The notes: generated from the sequence alone by a model not told the origin. Shown: positions 8,607 through 18,947, numbered from the stretch's first letter. The stretch: 64,000 nt of DNA from Myxococcales bacterium (GCA_044507075.1 JBIQKA010000005.1:14461-78460), one strand, 5' to 3'. Numbers and translations are program-made.

Positions 8607-9158
8607 CTAGGTTGTGGTCAGAAGTGCGCGAGCGAGGGCGCGGGCGAGGCTGGGACGCAGGTCGGCCACCTCCAGGGCGAGCCCAGGCCGAAGCGCACGC
8701 AGGCCGGGGGGCCAGCGCTCGGGCCCCCGATCACCGGTCACCAGCACCCCGAGGTAGGGCTCGAAGGCCAGCAGCGCGGGGGCACCCACCAGAAGCCAGG
8801 CCGGCGCGGACGTGAGACCTTCGGGCAGCTGGCCGAGCAAGTCCTGGAAAGTGTCTGGTTCGCGGCTCACCGACCAGGTGCGGACGACCGAGGCCTCCGC
8901 GAGGGCGCGATCCATGCGCTCGCGCGAGAGCTCCGGGGCGTGCTCGAAGGACGTGAAGATCACCCCCACGGGCCGCCCCTCGGCCGCGAATGCCTGCAGC
9001 AAATCCAGGGCCCACAGGGTGGCCAAGTCCCCTTGTTCGGTGTCGCTCACGGACAGGCAGCGGCCGGGCGCGGGGACGCGGCGGGAGGGGGCAGCATGCT
9101 CACCCGGGCCCGGGGTGAGGGGGCGGGTTCCATGCAGCCTGAGGCGGCGACGTTCCAT
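8607..9158 (-). CDS. Hypothetical protein
   Basis: 183-aa ORF with GC3-rich codons and a globular-looking C-terminal 140 aa. The start is uncertain: an in-frame GTG at 9050 would remove the Arg/Pro-rich N-terminus. I recognise no family. Confidence 0.4.
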   Translation of the reverse strand: MERRRLRLHGTRPLTPGPGEHAAPSRRVPAPGRCLSVSDTEQGDLATLWALDLLQAFAAEGRPVGVIFTSFEHAPELSRERMDRALAEASVVRTWSVSREPDTFQDLLGQLPEGLTSAPAWLLVGAPALLAFEPYLGVLVTGDRGPERWPPGLRALRPGLALEVADLRPSLARALARALLTTT

Positions 9159-9253
9159 GGGTACCGAGAGCTATGGAGCAGCCGCTTGGAAGCGCAAGCG
9201 GGCCTCGCATGTTCGACACACCGAAACGCCTTCGGTAGAGTTCGCGCACGGGA

Positions 9254-10945
9254 ATGGACGTCACCTGCGATAAGTGCGGAGCTGAGTACGAGTTCGACGA
9301 GACGCTGCTCGGAGACAAAGGAGCGACCGTCAAGTGCTCGAGCTGCAACCACGTCTTTCGCGTGCTGGGCAAGAAGGAGCCCGGTCGTCCCGCGCTCAAG
9401 CTGCGCTTTGCGAAATCGGGGCGCGTCGAGAGCTTGAGTTCGCTCCGCGAACTGCAGCTTCGCGTACGCAACGGTGAGGTCAGCGCCGACGATTTGCTCG
9501 GTCGCGACGGCTTCGAGTTTCGCCGTCTCGGCGACGTTCCCGAGCTCAAGAACTTCTTCTCCCGCGCTGCGAGCCCCCCTGGCGCGCAGCGCCCCGATCC
9601 CTCGGGTCGCCACGCTCAAGTGAACGAGACCTCCATGCCCCCCGCCAAGAACAATCCGCAACCCGGTCCCTCCCACGACAAGGCGTCCGCCAAGCGCACG
9701 ATGCTCGGCGTCGGGCCACTGAATCCGCAAATCCCGGGGCCGCCCCGCGTGCCCAGCATCCCGGGCGCTCTTCCGCCGCCCTCGGGTCGGCCCGTGGCCC
9801 CCGCCCAATCGCCGCGCGTCGCGCCCGCGCCGATCAGCAGCATTCCTACCAACCCCAACGCGCAGCAACCGCTCGGCGGCACGCCGACCAGCCCCGCGGG
9901 CTACGAGCCGCGGCGCGCGCCCGTGAGCCAGGCGCCGACGACCCAGGGTTCGGTCCCCCAAGCCTCCCCCAACTACGCCTCGGAGGCGCCGGTCATCGGA
10001 CGCCCGCTCGGCAATACGCCGCGCACCGTGGAGCGCGGGCCCGCGTCGGGTGGCCCAGCGCCGGTGAAGCTCTATCTGTCTGAGGACGAGGCTCCGCCCG
10101 CCCGCGCGACCGCCGGAGGCTCCAAAATTTGGCTCTATGCCGGGTTTGCGGTCGTGCTCGGCGGGGCAGGGTTCGTGGGCGTGAACATGCTGGGCCCATC
10201 CCCCAAGGGCGCCGAGCCGAACCCACCTGCTGCCGCCCGCGTGGAGGCGCCCCAACCTGCCCCGGCGGTCGCCCCAGAGGCCGAACCGACCGCCCCCGTC
10301 GCGCCCGCGCCGGGCGAGCCCCCGAAGGCGACGGCCAAGGCAGAGACGCCCAAGGCGGAGCCCACGCCGGCTCCGGCTGCCCCCCCCGCTCGCGAGGCCG
10401 CGCCTGCCGCGGCGGAGCCCGAGAAGCGCCGCAACACCGAGAGCCGGACCGCCAGCGCGAGCAGCAGCAAAGACCCCACCGACTACGGCGGCTGGGTCAG
10501 CCGCGGAGATCAGCTGACCTCGCGCGGAGACCTGGCGGGCGCCCGTCAAGCCTACGAGAGCGCCCTCGCCTTGCGGGCCACGGGCTCGGAAGCCCACAGC
10601 GGCCTCGGCTTCGCCTTGCTTGCCGAGGGCCGTGCCCGCGATGCGCTCTCTCACTTCGATCGCGCGGCCAGCAGCGGCTATGCCGAAGCGAACATCGGCC
10701 TGGGCGACGCCTACCGCAAGCTGGGACAGAAGAGCAGCGCCGTCGAGGCCTATCAGACCTATCTCGAGCGCCTGCCCTCGGGCTCCAAGGCGAACTACGC
10801 CCGCACGCAGATCGAGAACCTCAAGGGCGGCGCCTCCACGCGCAGCGAAGGACCTCGCGAACCCGCCGGCGGCGTCGAAGAGTACAGACCTGCGGGCGAG
10901 ATGAACGCCCCCAGCGCGGAGCCAAGCGACGAGAGCGCTCCGTGA
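9254..10945 (+). CDS. MJ0042-type zinc-ribbon / single-TM / C-terminal TPR protein
   Basis: N-terminus MDVTCDKCGAEYEFDETLLGDKGATVKCSSCNHVFRV (CxxC...CxxC). A GYF_2-like stretch follows (LKLRFAKSGRVESLSSLRELQLRVRNGEVSADDLL). Then come Pro-rich linkers, the TM helix IWLYAGFAVVLGGAGFVGVNML, and TPR repeats (GDLAGARQAYESALALRATGSEAHSGLGFALLAEG...). Confidence 0.8.
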   Translation: MDVTCDKCGAEYEFDETLLGDKGATVKCSSCNHVFRVLGKKEPGRPALKLRFAKSGRVESLSSLRELQLRVRNGEVSADDLLGRDGFEFRRLGDVPELKNFFSRAASPPGAQRPDPSGRHAQVNETSMPPAKNNPQPGPSHDKASAKRTMLGVGPLNPQIPGPPRVPSIPGALPPPSGRPVAPAQSPRVAPAPISSIPTNPNAQQPLGGTPTSPAGYEPRRAPVSQAPTTQGSVPQASPNYASEAPVIGRPLGNTPRTVERGPASGGPAPVKLYLSEDEAPPARATAGGSKIWLYAGFAVVLGGAGFVGVNMLGPSPKGAEPNPPAAARVEAPQPAPAVAPEAEPTAPVAPAPGEPPKATAKAETPKAEPTPAPAAPPAREAAPAAAEPEKRRNTESRTASASSSKDPTDYGGWVSRGDQLTSRGDLAGARQAYESALALRATGSEAHSGLGFALLAEGRARDALSHFDRAASSGYAEANIGLGDAYRKLGQKSSAVEAYQTYLERLPSGSKANYARTQIENLKGGASTRSEGPREPAGGVEEYRPAGEMNAPSAEPSDESAP

Positions 10946-12699
10946 TGCGCTCCTCCTGGTCTGCCCGAATCGTACTGCTGACATGGATTGCGACGTGCCT
11001 GGGCTGCGGCGGTGAGCCGCGCAAGAGCGCCGGACTGAAGAAGCCCATCACCGACACGCTCTACGAGCTGGACCTGCGCAGTTCGCTGCCCGAGCAGGGC
11101 ACGAGCTTCCTCGGGGAGAGCGATCCCGGCCTCGGCGAGGCGCTGGGGCGTTTGAAGGGGCTCCTCGACGAGCCGCTGGCCAAGGGCCTGTTCGTGCGTC
11201 TCGGCGAACACCAGGGGCACCTCGGGGACGTGGAAGACCTGGCGGAGGTGTTCGAGGCGTTTCGCGCGCAGAAGCGGCCCGTGCACTGCCATTTCGATGA
11301 GCTGGACAACGCGGGTTACGCGCTCGCTTCGCACTGCGACCGCGTGAGCGCAGGCCCCGCCGGGATGCTCAACCTGGTCGGCCTTGGCGCGCAAGTGCTG
11401 CACGGAAAGAAGCTCCTCGACTCGCTCGGTGTGCGCGCCGAGCTGATGCAGATGGGCAAGTACAAGGGCGCCGCCGATCCATTCACGCGTGAGGAGCTCG
11501 GCCCCGAGCTGCGCGCGAGCATGGAGAGGTTGCTCGACGATCTCGACGAAGCCTTCCGCAAGCACCTGCGCGTGCGCAACGAGCGAACGCCGGAGGCCTG
11601 GCAGACCATCCTCGATGGCGGCCCGTACACCGCCACCGAAGCGCTGTCGCAAGCGCTGGTGGACGCAGTGGCGCAGGACGACGAGGCCCGCGCGAAGGCC
11701 AAGGCAGCCGCGAGCGCGCGCGTCGTGCGTCCGGTCTTCGAGGAGCGAGACGAGAAGAGCCTCACGATCCGAGACTTGTTTCGGGCGCTCTCCGGCAAGC
11801 CGGAGACCGGGGAGCCGACGCAGCCCTACCTTGGCATCGCGTATCTCACGGGCGAGATCGTGGACAGCAAAGAGGCCGCCTTCGACCGCACGGCGAGCGA
11901 GCCGTTCATCCAGGCGCTCCGGCGCTGGGGCGACGATCGACAGGCTCGCGCGGTGGTCCTGCGCATCGAATCCCCCGGTGGCTCGGCGTTGGCCAGCGAC
12001 CGCATGTGGCACATGGTCCGACGCGTCGCGGGTCGCAAGCCGGTCATCGTGTCGCTCGGAGACGTGGCGGCCAGCGGCGGGTACTACGTCGCCTCGGCGG
12101 GCTCGCACATCATCGCCGCTCCCGGCTCCATCGTGGGCTCGATCGGCGTCGTGGGTGGAAAGATGGTGGTCGAGGACCTGACCGCGCGCGCGGGGTTGAA
12201 GGTCGACACGCTGCGGCGCGGACGCCATGCCCTCTGGCTCAGCCCCTTCGAGCCCTTCACCGACGGCGAGCGGAGCCGTTTCGAGCACATGCTCAAAGAC
12301 ACCTACGACCGCTTCCTCTCGCGGATCGCGCACGGCCGCAAGCGCCCCGTGGCCGCGCTGTTGCCCGCGGCCGAGGGACGTGTGATGGGCGGCGAGCGGG
12401 CGCGTGAGCTGGGCTTGGTCGACGAAATTGGCGGCCTGGGCAAGGCCATCGCGCTGGCGCGCGAACGGGGCAAGCTCACCCCGCGCTCTGCCACACGCAT
12501 CTGGCCCGACCAACACGACGCCATGCGCGCCATCGCGAGCCTGATCTCGACGCGCCACCCACAACCCGCGCTCCATGCCACCGTGGCGCAGGTCCTGCGC
12601 GCGGCGCGGCCTCTGGTTTCTTCGCCGCTTTTGACTGTGCTCGGGGAGATGCAGGAACCCGTGGCGCTGGCGATGCCCGTCGAATTGCAGGTTCGCTGA
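10945..12699 (+). CDS. sppA: Signal peptide peptidase SppA (two-domain, 67K-like)
   Basis: ATG 10945 overlaps the upstream TGA (gTGATG). Signal/lipoprotein-like MRSSWSARIVLLTWIATCLGCGG. ClpP/crotonase-like repeats include ARAVVLRIESPGGSALASDRMW, PVIVSLGDVAASGGYYVASAGSHIIAAPGSIVGSIGV and RVMGGERARELGLVDEIGG. The track ORF start at 10129 is an out-of-gene extension. Confidence 0.85.
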   Translation: MRSSWSARIVLLTWIATCLGCGGEPRKSAGLKKPITDTLYELDLRSSLPEQGTSFLGESDPGLGEALGRLKGLLDEPLAKGLFVRLGEHQGHLGDVEDLAEVFEAFRAQKRPVHCHFDELDNAGYALASHCDRVSAGPAGMLNLVGLGAQVLHGKKLLDSLGVRAELMQMGKYKGAADPFTREELGPELRASMERLLDDLDEAFRKHLRVRNERTPEAWQTILDGGPYTATEALSQALVDAVAQDDEARAKAKAAASARVVRPVFEERDEKSLTIRDLFRALSGKPETGEPTQPYLGIAYLTGEIVDSKEAAFDRTASEPFIQALRRWGDDRQARAVVLRIESPGGSALASDRMWHMVRRVAGRKPVIVSLGDVAASGGYYVASAGSHIIAAPGSIVGSIGVVGGKMVVEDLTARAGLKVDTLRRGRHALWLSPFEPFTDGERSRFEHMLKDTYDRFLSRIAHGRKRPVAALLPAAEGRVMGGERARELGLVDEIGGLGKAIALARERGKLTPRSATRIWPDQHDAMRAIASLISTRHPQPALHATVAQVLRAARPLVSSPLLTVLGEMQEPVALAMPVELQVR

Positions 12700-12788
12700 G
12701 CGTGCGGCTGCCACGAGCGCGCCTTCTTCTCGCTTTCGAGGAGCCGCCGCTTCCGTAATGGATCCGCGGGCTGATAGGATCGGCGCCG

Positions 12789-15700
12789 ATGTCGATACAC
12801 GCCATCGCTCCGAGCCCGCTCGCGCGCTTGCTCCTGGAGCTCGAGACGCGCGCCGCCTCGGGCGGCATCGAGGCCGGTGGACGCCGCCTGGTTCTGCTCA
12901 AGGGATCCCTGTTCGACGTGCGCCCCGCGCCGGAGGACGACTCGCTCGGCGAATTCTTGGTAGCCGCGGGTCGCTTGAGCGTCGAGGAGCTCAACGAGGC
13001 AAAGCTGCTCGCGTCGGAGCGACGCGTCCCGCTCGAGGCCGCGCTGCGGCTCAAGGATCTGGTGCCGGTCGACGCGCTGCTCGAGACGCGGCGCGCGTTG
13101 TGGATCGATCGTTTCGTGCGCGGCCTCGCAGAGGAAGAGCGCGCGGGGAAGCAACCCGGCCTGTTGTCGCCCGAACCCCACGCGATGCAGGGCCCCACGA
13201 TCCCCTTGCTCCCCTTCGTGCTCGATGGATTGACGCGGCGAGCCAGCTTGCACGACGCCGAGAAGATCGGGCGCCAAGCCGACGCGTGGTTCGAATGGCT
13301 CGATACCCCACAGCGCGAGCGCGCCGAGGCCTGGGCCGATTTCGGCAACCTCGAAGGCCCCGTGCAGACCGCAGGGCTGTTCGCGCGTCATCCCGCGGCC
13401 CCCTCACGCATCGCGGCCCTGACCCGAGCCGGGCTCGCGCGGCTCAGCGAAAAGCGCCTGTCCATTCCGCCCGCGGCGCCGCGCATCCCATCGATCGCCC
13501 CGCCCGCCCCTGCGCCGGAGCCGGTCGCGCGCGGCAGCATCGAGCCACCCCAGCTCTCGCCCTTGCCCGCGCTGGCTCCCGGAGAGCCGGGCGCGCTGCG
13601 GAGCCCGCTGGGTATCGACCCCTTGCCCACGTGGTTTCCTGCGGCCGTCGGCACGCTCGACGATCCGTTGGACGCCATCGAGCGACGCATCGCGAAGCTC
13701 GAGCAAGTGGGCGCGCCCGCAGAGGAGCGCGCGAGCGCCTGGCTCGCGCTCGGACAAGCTTGGCGCGAGCACTTCGACTCCACGGACGAGTGCGCGCGCG
13801 CGAGCCGCGAAGCCGCCGCAGCAGCCACGGACGATCCGCTCGCGCTCGAGGCCGCTGCGCGCAACTGTTCGGTGATCGGGCGCCCCGAGCTCGCGTACGC
13901 CTATGCGGCGAGCTGGGCCGAGCTGTTGCAGGACCCGACCCAGAAGGCGCGGGCTTTGGTGCAAGCCTCGGGGTACGGGATCCGCGCTGGGAAGGAGTCG
14001 AGCGCGCTGAGGGCGCTCAAACACGCCTCGGAGCTCGACACGGCGGACGGCTCGATCGCCGAACGTTACGCGCGCATGCTGCTGGTGCGGGGCGACGTGG
14101 ATGCCGCCCTGCAAGCCGCACGCGAGGCTGGCGCGCGCTACCGCGAGGGCGCGCCGAGATCGGCCCGCGTGATCCTGGCCTGGGCGAGCACGCTGGCTCC
14201 GAACGATCCCGAAGTGGCCTCCGACTATGCCTCAGTGTTGGCCTCCGAAGGCCATGTCGAGGCTGCCGTGGCGGTGCTCGCGCAAGCCGCACGCCGCGCC
14301 CGCAGCCCCGAGATCGCGGGCAAGCTCTTCCGAAACGCGGCTGTCCGCTCAGAGCTCTCGGCGCGCCCCGATCTCGCGGCCGACCTGTTGCTCGAAGCGA
14401 TCGACACGCTGGGCAGCGGCGACGCCGCGATCAACCGTGCGCTCCTGAACGACCTCACAACCAATGGCGACGTGGTGGAGGTGGCGGTGATGGCGGCGGA
14501 GCTTTCGCAGACAGCGCAAGGAGCGACGCGCGCCGAATACCTCGTGCGCGCCGCGGACGCGCGACTGGAGCTGCCGGGCGAGCCCACGCTCGCCGTCGAG
14601 CTCTATACGCAGGCGCTGTGCGCCGATCCGAGTAACCCGCGCGCGCGCGCGGCGCTCCGCCAGATCGCAGAGAGCGACGCCGATCCGCGACGGATGAGCG
14701 AGGCGCTCGAGCGCGCGCTGCGCGACGCGCCCTCCGAGCAGACCGCCGCAGCGCTCCTCGACGCGCTGCTCGCCGAGCTGGCGTTGCGCGCCGACGCTCC
14801 TTTCCTCGAGCGTTGGGCGCTCAGCGAGGCCGAACGGCTGCGCCTTTCGCGCACGGGCGAGCGAACCGAAGCCTTGGACGCGCGCGAAGCGCGCTACGAA
14901 GCGGAGACCCGCCGACTGGAGAGCGACCTGCGGGCGGCCGAAGCCGAGCGGCGCAGCCAGGCCGCCCTGGCCTTGGCCGATCACCTCCGCGACGACCCGG
15001 CCCGGCGCACCACCGCGCAGAAGCTCTACGAGAAGGTGCTCGAGACCGAGCCCCACAACATGCTCGTGCGTGCGCGGCTCGAGAGCCTCGCGCGCCTCAC
15101 CGGCGACACCACGAGCCTGTGCATCTTGGCGAGCCAGCGCGTCCAGCACGCGAGCAGCGACTTCGCGCGGATCGCCGCCATGTTGAGCTGGGTCCACGCG
15201 GAGTACGCCGCGCAGAACCTGCGCGGCGCGCTCGAGGCATGCCTCGCGCTGTTGACCCTGGCCCCCAAACATCGTGAAGGCGCCCTGCTCCAGCTCCGAT
15301 TCGCGCGCATGCTCAAGGACGCTCCCTTGATCTGTGACGCGCTCTCCCGCCGCGTGGCGGCGAGCCTCGATCCCCGCGAGCGCGCCATCATGCTCTGCGC
15401 CCTCGCCCGGGCTTGTCTCGACGCGGGCGACCTGGCCGCAGCCATCGAGCACGCGGAGACCGCCCTGGCCTCCGACCCGCGCTGTGCCGCGGCCGCGCTC
15501 CTGATCGTACAGAACCACCACGAGCTCCCGCCACAGCGCCTATTGCCGCTCTTGCGCTCGGCCCGCACCGTGCTGGGCGACACGCCGGAGCTCTTGTCCC
15601 TGCTCGCGCAGGCGCAGTTCGGGGTCAACGACGCGCGAGGTCAGCGCGAGACGCTCGAAGCGCACTTGGCGCTCGCGCCGTTCGATGCTTTGCCCGCCCT

Positions 15701-18700
15701 CGCGCTGCTCACGTTGCACGCCAGCGGCAACGACGCCGACGCCATCTCCCGCGCGCTGCACGAGACCTTGCGCGCAGAGCGTTTCGGCGAGGGCACCGCC
15801 CTTTTGGCAGGGGGCGCGCTCGATCGGTTGTGGCTGCTCGGGCGCCGACGTGAGGCCATGACCTCCGTGCTGTTCGCCGTGGAAGAGCTCGGCGAGATCG
15901 CCGATCCCTTGCTCGACTGGGCGTCGGCTTACCTGGAGGAGCTGAACGACCCCCGACTCACCCGTGCGATCCTCGAGCGTATGGTGGTGCGCGCCACCGG
16001 CGAGGCGCGGGGCGCGGCGCTCAGGAGGCTGGCCACCTTCCATCAAACCCAGAGCTTCCGCTCCGGCGAGGCGCGCGCCTACCTGCGCCTGCTCGCCCTG
16101 GAGCCGGCAGACGGCGCGGCGCTCGATCGACTGGCGTACATCTACGCGGAGACCCGGGAGCTGGAGCGCCTGATGGCGGTGCTCACGCTTCGCCTCGAGC
16201 TGAGTCAATCGCAGAGCGAACGTCGGGAGCGCTTGCTGTCGCTCGCCTGCGCTGCGCTCGATCTCGCGGACGATCCCGCGGGGGCCGAAGATCTGGTGCG
16301 CGCTGCGCTGGCGAGCCACCCCGATCTCGGCGAGGAGAGCGATCCGAGCACCGAGATCGTACGGCGCGGCGTGGGGCTCTTGCTCGGCAGCCGCTCGCCG
16401 CAGCTCGCCTTCGATCTGCTGCTCTCCATGTCGGAGACCGCCCCGCCGCTTCGCGCCTGCGAGCTGATCGAGGAGGCGGTATTCGTCGCCGAAGAGCACC
16501 TCTCGAACCGCGATCTCGCGCTGCGCGCGGCCACGCTCGGTCTCGAGTCCCACCCGGAGTACACGAGTTTCCTCCTGCACTTCGAGCGGCTCGCCCTGGA
16601 GCTCGGCGACGTGGCCACAGGTCGCGAGGTCTATCGGCACATGGCGGCGGCGGCCATCGGCATGCACGGTCGGCGCGCGCTCTTGTATCGCGCCGGACGC
16701 TGGCTCGAGCGAGCAGGCGCGCACTCCGACGCGCTGGAGGCGGTCGAGCAAGCATTCGTGCTCGCGCCGAGCGAAGGCGCGATGCTCACCGCACTCGAGC
16801 GCCTTTCGCGCCTTTCCGGTCAGCCCGAGGCGCTGGTGCGGGCGCTCGACCTGCTCGCGGAGAACGCGCAGTTTTCACGCGAGAAGAGCCGCATCCTCCT
16901 GCGCGCCGGGCGCGTCTGCGAGGAGGACATGCACAGCCCCGAGACCGCGCTCTTGTGCTACGAGCGCGCCTTGCGCGCGCTGCCCGATCAGGAGAGCGAG
17001 GGGCTCGCGTTCGCGTGCCTGACCAAGATCGGGGTCGCCTCCCAGGAGTCTGCGACGCAGCGGCTTCGCGCGCTGTTCAGCGACCAGGCGCAAGAGGCGT
17101 GGGCCACCAAGCCGCGCGTCCAGGCGCTGCTCTCGCTGGCCCGGCTCGAGCTCGGCTATGGGCGCGGACCAGGCGAAGCCGAAGCGCACCTCCAACACGT
17201 GCGGAGCGCGATCGACGAAGACGAAGACCTGCCCGAGGCAGACCGTGCGGAGCTGCTCGCGCTCCACGCCTCGCTCACCGCGGCCTTGACCGCGCCGCGG
17301 CTCCACGAGGTCGCCGAGGGAGCGCGCCGCGGTCCTCCAGAGGAGCTGCGCGACGCGCGGCCGGATGGGCCCGCTGCGGCGCGATCCGCCGACGTTCCAC
17401 CACGCGCGCAGGAAGTCGTCGCATCAGGCCCAGTCGAGGGCGCCCCAGGCGCGCCCTCGGAGCTCCCCTACGACCCGCGCGCGCGCGCGATGCCGCTCAA
17501 GCCGCGTGCCCAACCGCTGACCCAGGGCGACCGCAACGCGGCGCGACGTGCGCGCAGCCACACCGACCCGGGCATCGCCCCGCTCCCGCCTCGACAGGCC
17601 CGCACGAGCTCCACGTTCGAGGCGCGCTCGACCCAACTCGGGTTTCGCACCCTGCCGGGGTCGGCCACCGTGGCCGACCTGCGCGCCGAGGCGCACGAGC
17701 CAGCCCCCGCCCCGACGCGCGCCCCGGAGCCCACGCGCTCGTCGCTGCGCCCCGTGCAAGCTCCCGAGCCGCTCGCGAGTCCCACGCCTGTCAACGACGC
17801 GGACGACCGCTGGCTCGGGGCGTTGCTCGAGGGCGACACGGAGGCGCTTGGCGCCTTGCTGGCGAGCCCTCCTACCAACCCGACCCACAGCGACGCGCTG
17901 TGCGCGGCCCTCTTGGCCCGGGTGCGCAGCACCGGCCGCAGCAACGTGCCCGTCCTGCGTGCGCTGCGCCTCCTGGGTAGCAACTACCCCGCCCTGGTGG
18001 CCGTCTGCAACGAGGCCATCGCCTTCTTCGATCCGCCGCAGGTCGCCGGGCAACTCTCCGCTTCCGGGCAGGAGTCCCACGAAGCGAGCTTCGCGGAGAC
18101 GCTGCTCGCCGCGCGCGAAGACGGAGACTACGCCCCGACCTTCACGTTGCTCGCCCACGTAGCCCAGGGCGCAGCCCCCCTGTTCCGCCGCACGTTGAGC
18201 TCCTACGGTGTCTCCGTCGGCGACTTCGTCGGGCGCGTCGAGGAGAGCCCCTTCGCCAAGCCGCTCTCGGAGGTCTCCGCGCGCTTCGGCGTGGAGCTCG
18301 AGTCGTACGTCCGGCACACGGGCGAGGACCGTCTGACGCTGATCCCCACGCATCCGACCGCGATCCTGATCGGCGACGCGACGAGCACCGAAGCGCACGT
18401 CTTGCGCTACCGTCTGGCGCGCATGTTCGAGTGCGCCCGTCCCGGTAGCTCCCTCCTGGCCACGCTCACGCCCGACTCGGCGGAGAACCTGCTGCTCGCC
18501 GTGCGCGCGGCGTTCGGGCCCGCCGACTCGAAGGGCCCCCCCGTCGCGCGCGAAGCGGCGGCCCTGGCCGCGGAGCTCTGGCGCACCATGCCGTCTGCCA
18601 CCCAACGCCAGGTCACCAACCTGTTCCGCGTCCTGCCCGTGCTCCCTAGCTTGCCCGAGCTGCTCGATCACTTGAGCTTGCGCGCGGCGCGCGTGGGCCT

Positions 18701-18905
18701 CGTGGTGGGGCAGTCGCTCCACATCGCATTGGCGCAGTTCGGCAAGGACTGGGACGCGGATTCGCGCCCGATCGTGCCGACCGCACAGGATCTCGATCTC
18801 GCGCTACGTGAGCGGGCGGCGGTGCGCGGCCTGCTCGCCTTCGCGTTCTCGGAGACGCACTTGAACTTCCGGGCCACGCTCCTGCCCGGCCATCGTCAGG
18901 ACTGA
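12789..18905 (+). CDS. Giant (2038 aa) helical-repeat protein with DUF4388/PATAN-like N-terminus and uncharacterised C-terminal globular domain
   Basis: A single uninterrupted GC3-rich ORF. The N-terminus ARLLLELETRAASGGIEAGGRRLVLLKGSLFDVRPAPEDDSLGEFLVAAGRLSVEELNEA resembles DUF4388. More than 1300 aa of Ala/Leu/Arg-rich TPR-like repeats follow, then a Pro-rich linker (about aa 1500-1650) and a roughly 350-aa non-repetitive C-terminus. Confidence 0.8.
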   Translation: MSIHAIAPSPLARLLLELETRAASGGIEAGGRRLVLLKGSLFDVRPAPEDDSLGEFLVAAGRLSVEELNEAKLLASERRVPLEAALRLKDLVPVDALLETRRALWIDRFVRGLAEEERAGKQPGLLSPEPHAMQGPTIPLLPFVLDGLTRRASLHDAEKIGRQADAWFEWLDTPQRERAEAWADFGNLEGPVQTAGLFARHPAAPSRIAALTRAGLARLSEKRLSIPPAAPRIPSIAPPAPAPEPVARGSIEPPQLSPLPALAPGEPGALRSPLGIDPLPTWFPAAVGTLDDPLDAIERRIAKLEQVGAPAEERASAWLALGQAWREHFDSTDECARASREAAAAATDDPLALEAAARNCSVIGRPELAYAYAASWAELLQDPTQKARALVQASGYGIRAGKESSALRALKHASELDTADGSIAERYARMLLVRGDVDAALQAAREAGARYREGAPRSARVILAWASTLAPNDPEVASDYASVLASEGHVEAAVAVLAQAARRARSPEIAGKLFRNAAVRSELSARPDLAADLLLEAIDTLGSGDAAINRALLNDLTTNGDVVEVAVMAAELSQTAQGATRAEYLVRAADARLELPGEPTLAVELYTQALCADPSNPRARAALRQIAESDADPRRMSEALERALRDAPSEQTAAALLDALLAELALRADAPFLERWALSEAERLRLSRTGERTEALDAREARYEAETRRLESDLRAAEAERRSQAALALADHLRDDPARRTTAQKLYEKVLETEPHNMLVRARLESLARLTGDTTSLCILASQRVQHASSDFARIAAMLSWVHAEYAAQNLRGALEACLALLTLAPKHREGALLQLRFARMLKDAPLICDALSRRVAASLDPRERAIMLCALARACLDAGDLAAAIEHAETALASDPRCAAAALLIVQNHHELPPQRLLPLLRSARTVLGDTPELLSLLAQAQFGVNDARGQRETLEAHLALAPFDALPALALLTLHASGNDADAISRALHETLRAERFGEGTALLAGGALDRLWLLGRRREAMTSVLFAVEELGEIADPLLDWASAYLEELNDPRLTRAILERMVVRATGEARGAALRRLATFHQTQSFRSGEARAYLRLLALEPADGAALDRLAYIYAETRELERLMAVLTLRLELSQSQSERRERLLSLACAALDLADDPAGAEDLVRAALASHPDLGEESDPSTEIVRRGVGLLLGSRSPQLAFDLLLSMSETAPPLRACELIEEAVFVAEEHLSNRDLALRAATLGLESHPEYTSFLLHFERLALELGDVATGREVYRHMAAAAIGMHGRRALLYRAGRWLERAGAHSDALEAVEQAFVLAPSEGAMLTALERLSRLSGQPEALVRALDLLAENAQFSREKSRILLRAGRVCEEDMHSPETALLCYERALRALPDQESEGLAFACLTKIGVASQESATQRLRALFSDQAQEAWATKPRVQALLSLARLELGYGRGPGEAEAHLQHVRSAIDEDEDLPEADRAELLALHASLTAALTAPRLHEVAEGARRGPPEELRDARPDGPAAARSADVPPRAQEVVASGPVEGAPGAPSELPYDPRARAMPLKPRAQPLTQGDRNAARRARSHTDPGIAPLPPRQARTSSTFEARSTQLGFRTLPGSATVADLRAEAHEPAPAPTRAPEPTRSSLRPVQAPEPLASPTPVNDADDRWLGALLEGDTEALGALLASPPTNPTHSDALCAALLARVRSTGRSNVPVLRALRLLGSNYPALVAVCNEAIAFFDPPQVAGQLSASGQESHEASFAETLLAAREDGDYAPTFTLLAHVAQGAAPLFRRTLSSYGVSVGDFVGRVEESPFAKPLSEVSARFGVELESYVRHTGEDRLTLIPTHPTAILIGDATSTEAHVLRYRLARMFECARPGSSLLATLTPDSAENLLLAVRAAFGPADSKGPPVAREAAALAAELWRTMPSATQRQVTNLFRVLPVLPSLPELLDHLSLRAARVGLVVGQSLHIALAQFGKDWDADSRPIVPTAQDLDLALRERAAVRGLLAFAFSETHLNFRATLLPGHRQD

Positions 18906-18912
18906 ACGCAGC

Positions 18913-18947
18913 GCCCGGCGAGTGTCAGCGCGCGCGGGCCGTCGGGC
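18913..18947. terminator. Possible hairpin between convergent genes
   Basis: gcccggcg (18913-18920) can pair with cgtcgggc (18940-18947): 8 bp including one G-U, with a 19-nt GC-rich loop. There is no clear U-tract. It lies between the stop at 18905 (+) and the stop at 18950 (-). Confidence 0.2.

Noticed and set aside
10129-10944. N-terminal 272 codons of track ORF 10129..12699
   Set aside because: This is an out-of-frame read-through of the zinc-ribbon/TPR gene. The SppA signal peptide starts at ATG 10945, which overlaps the upstream stop.
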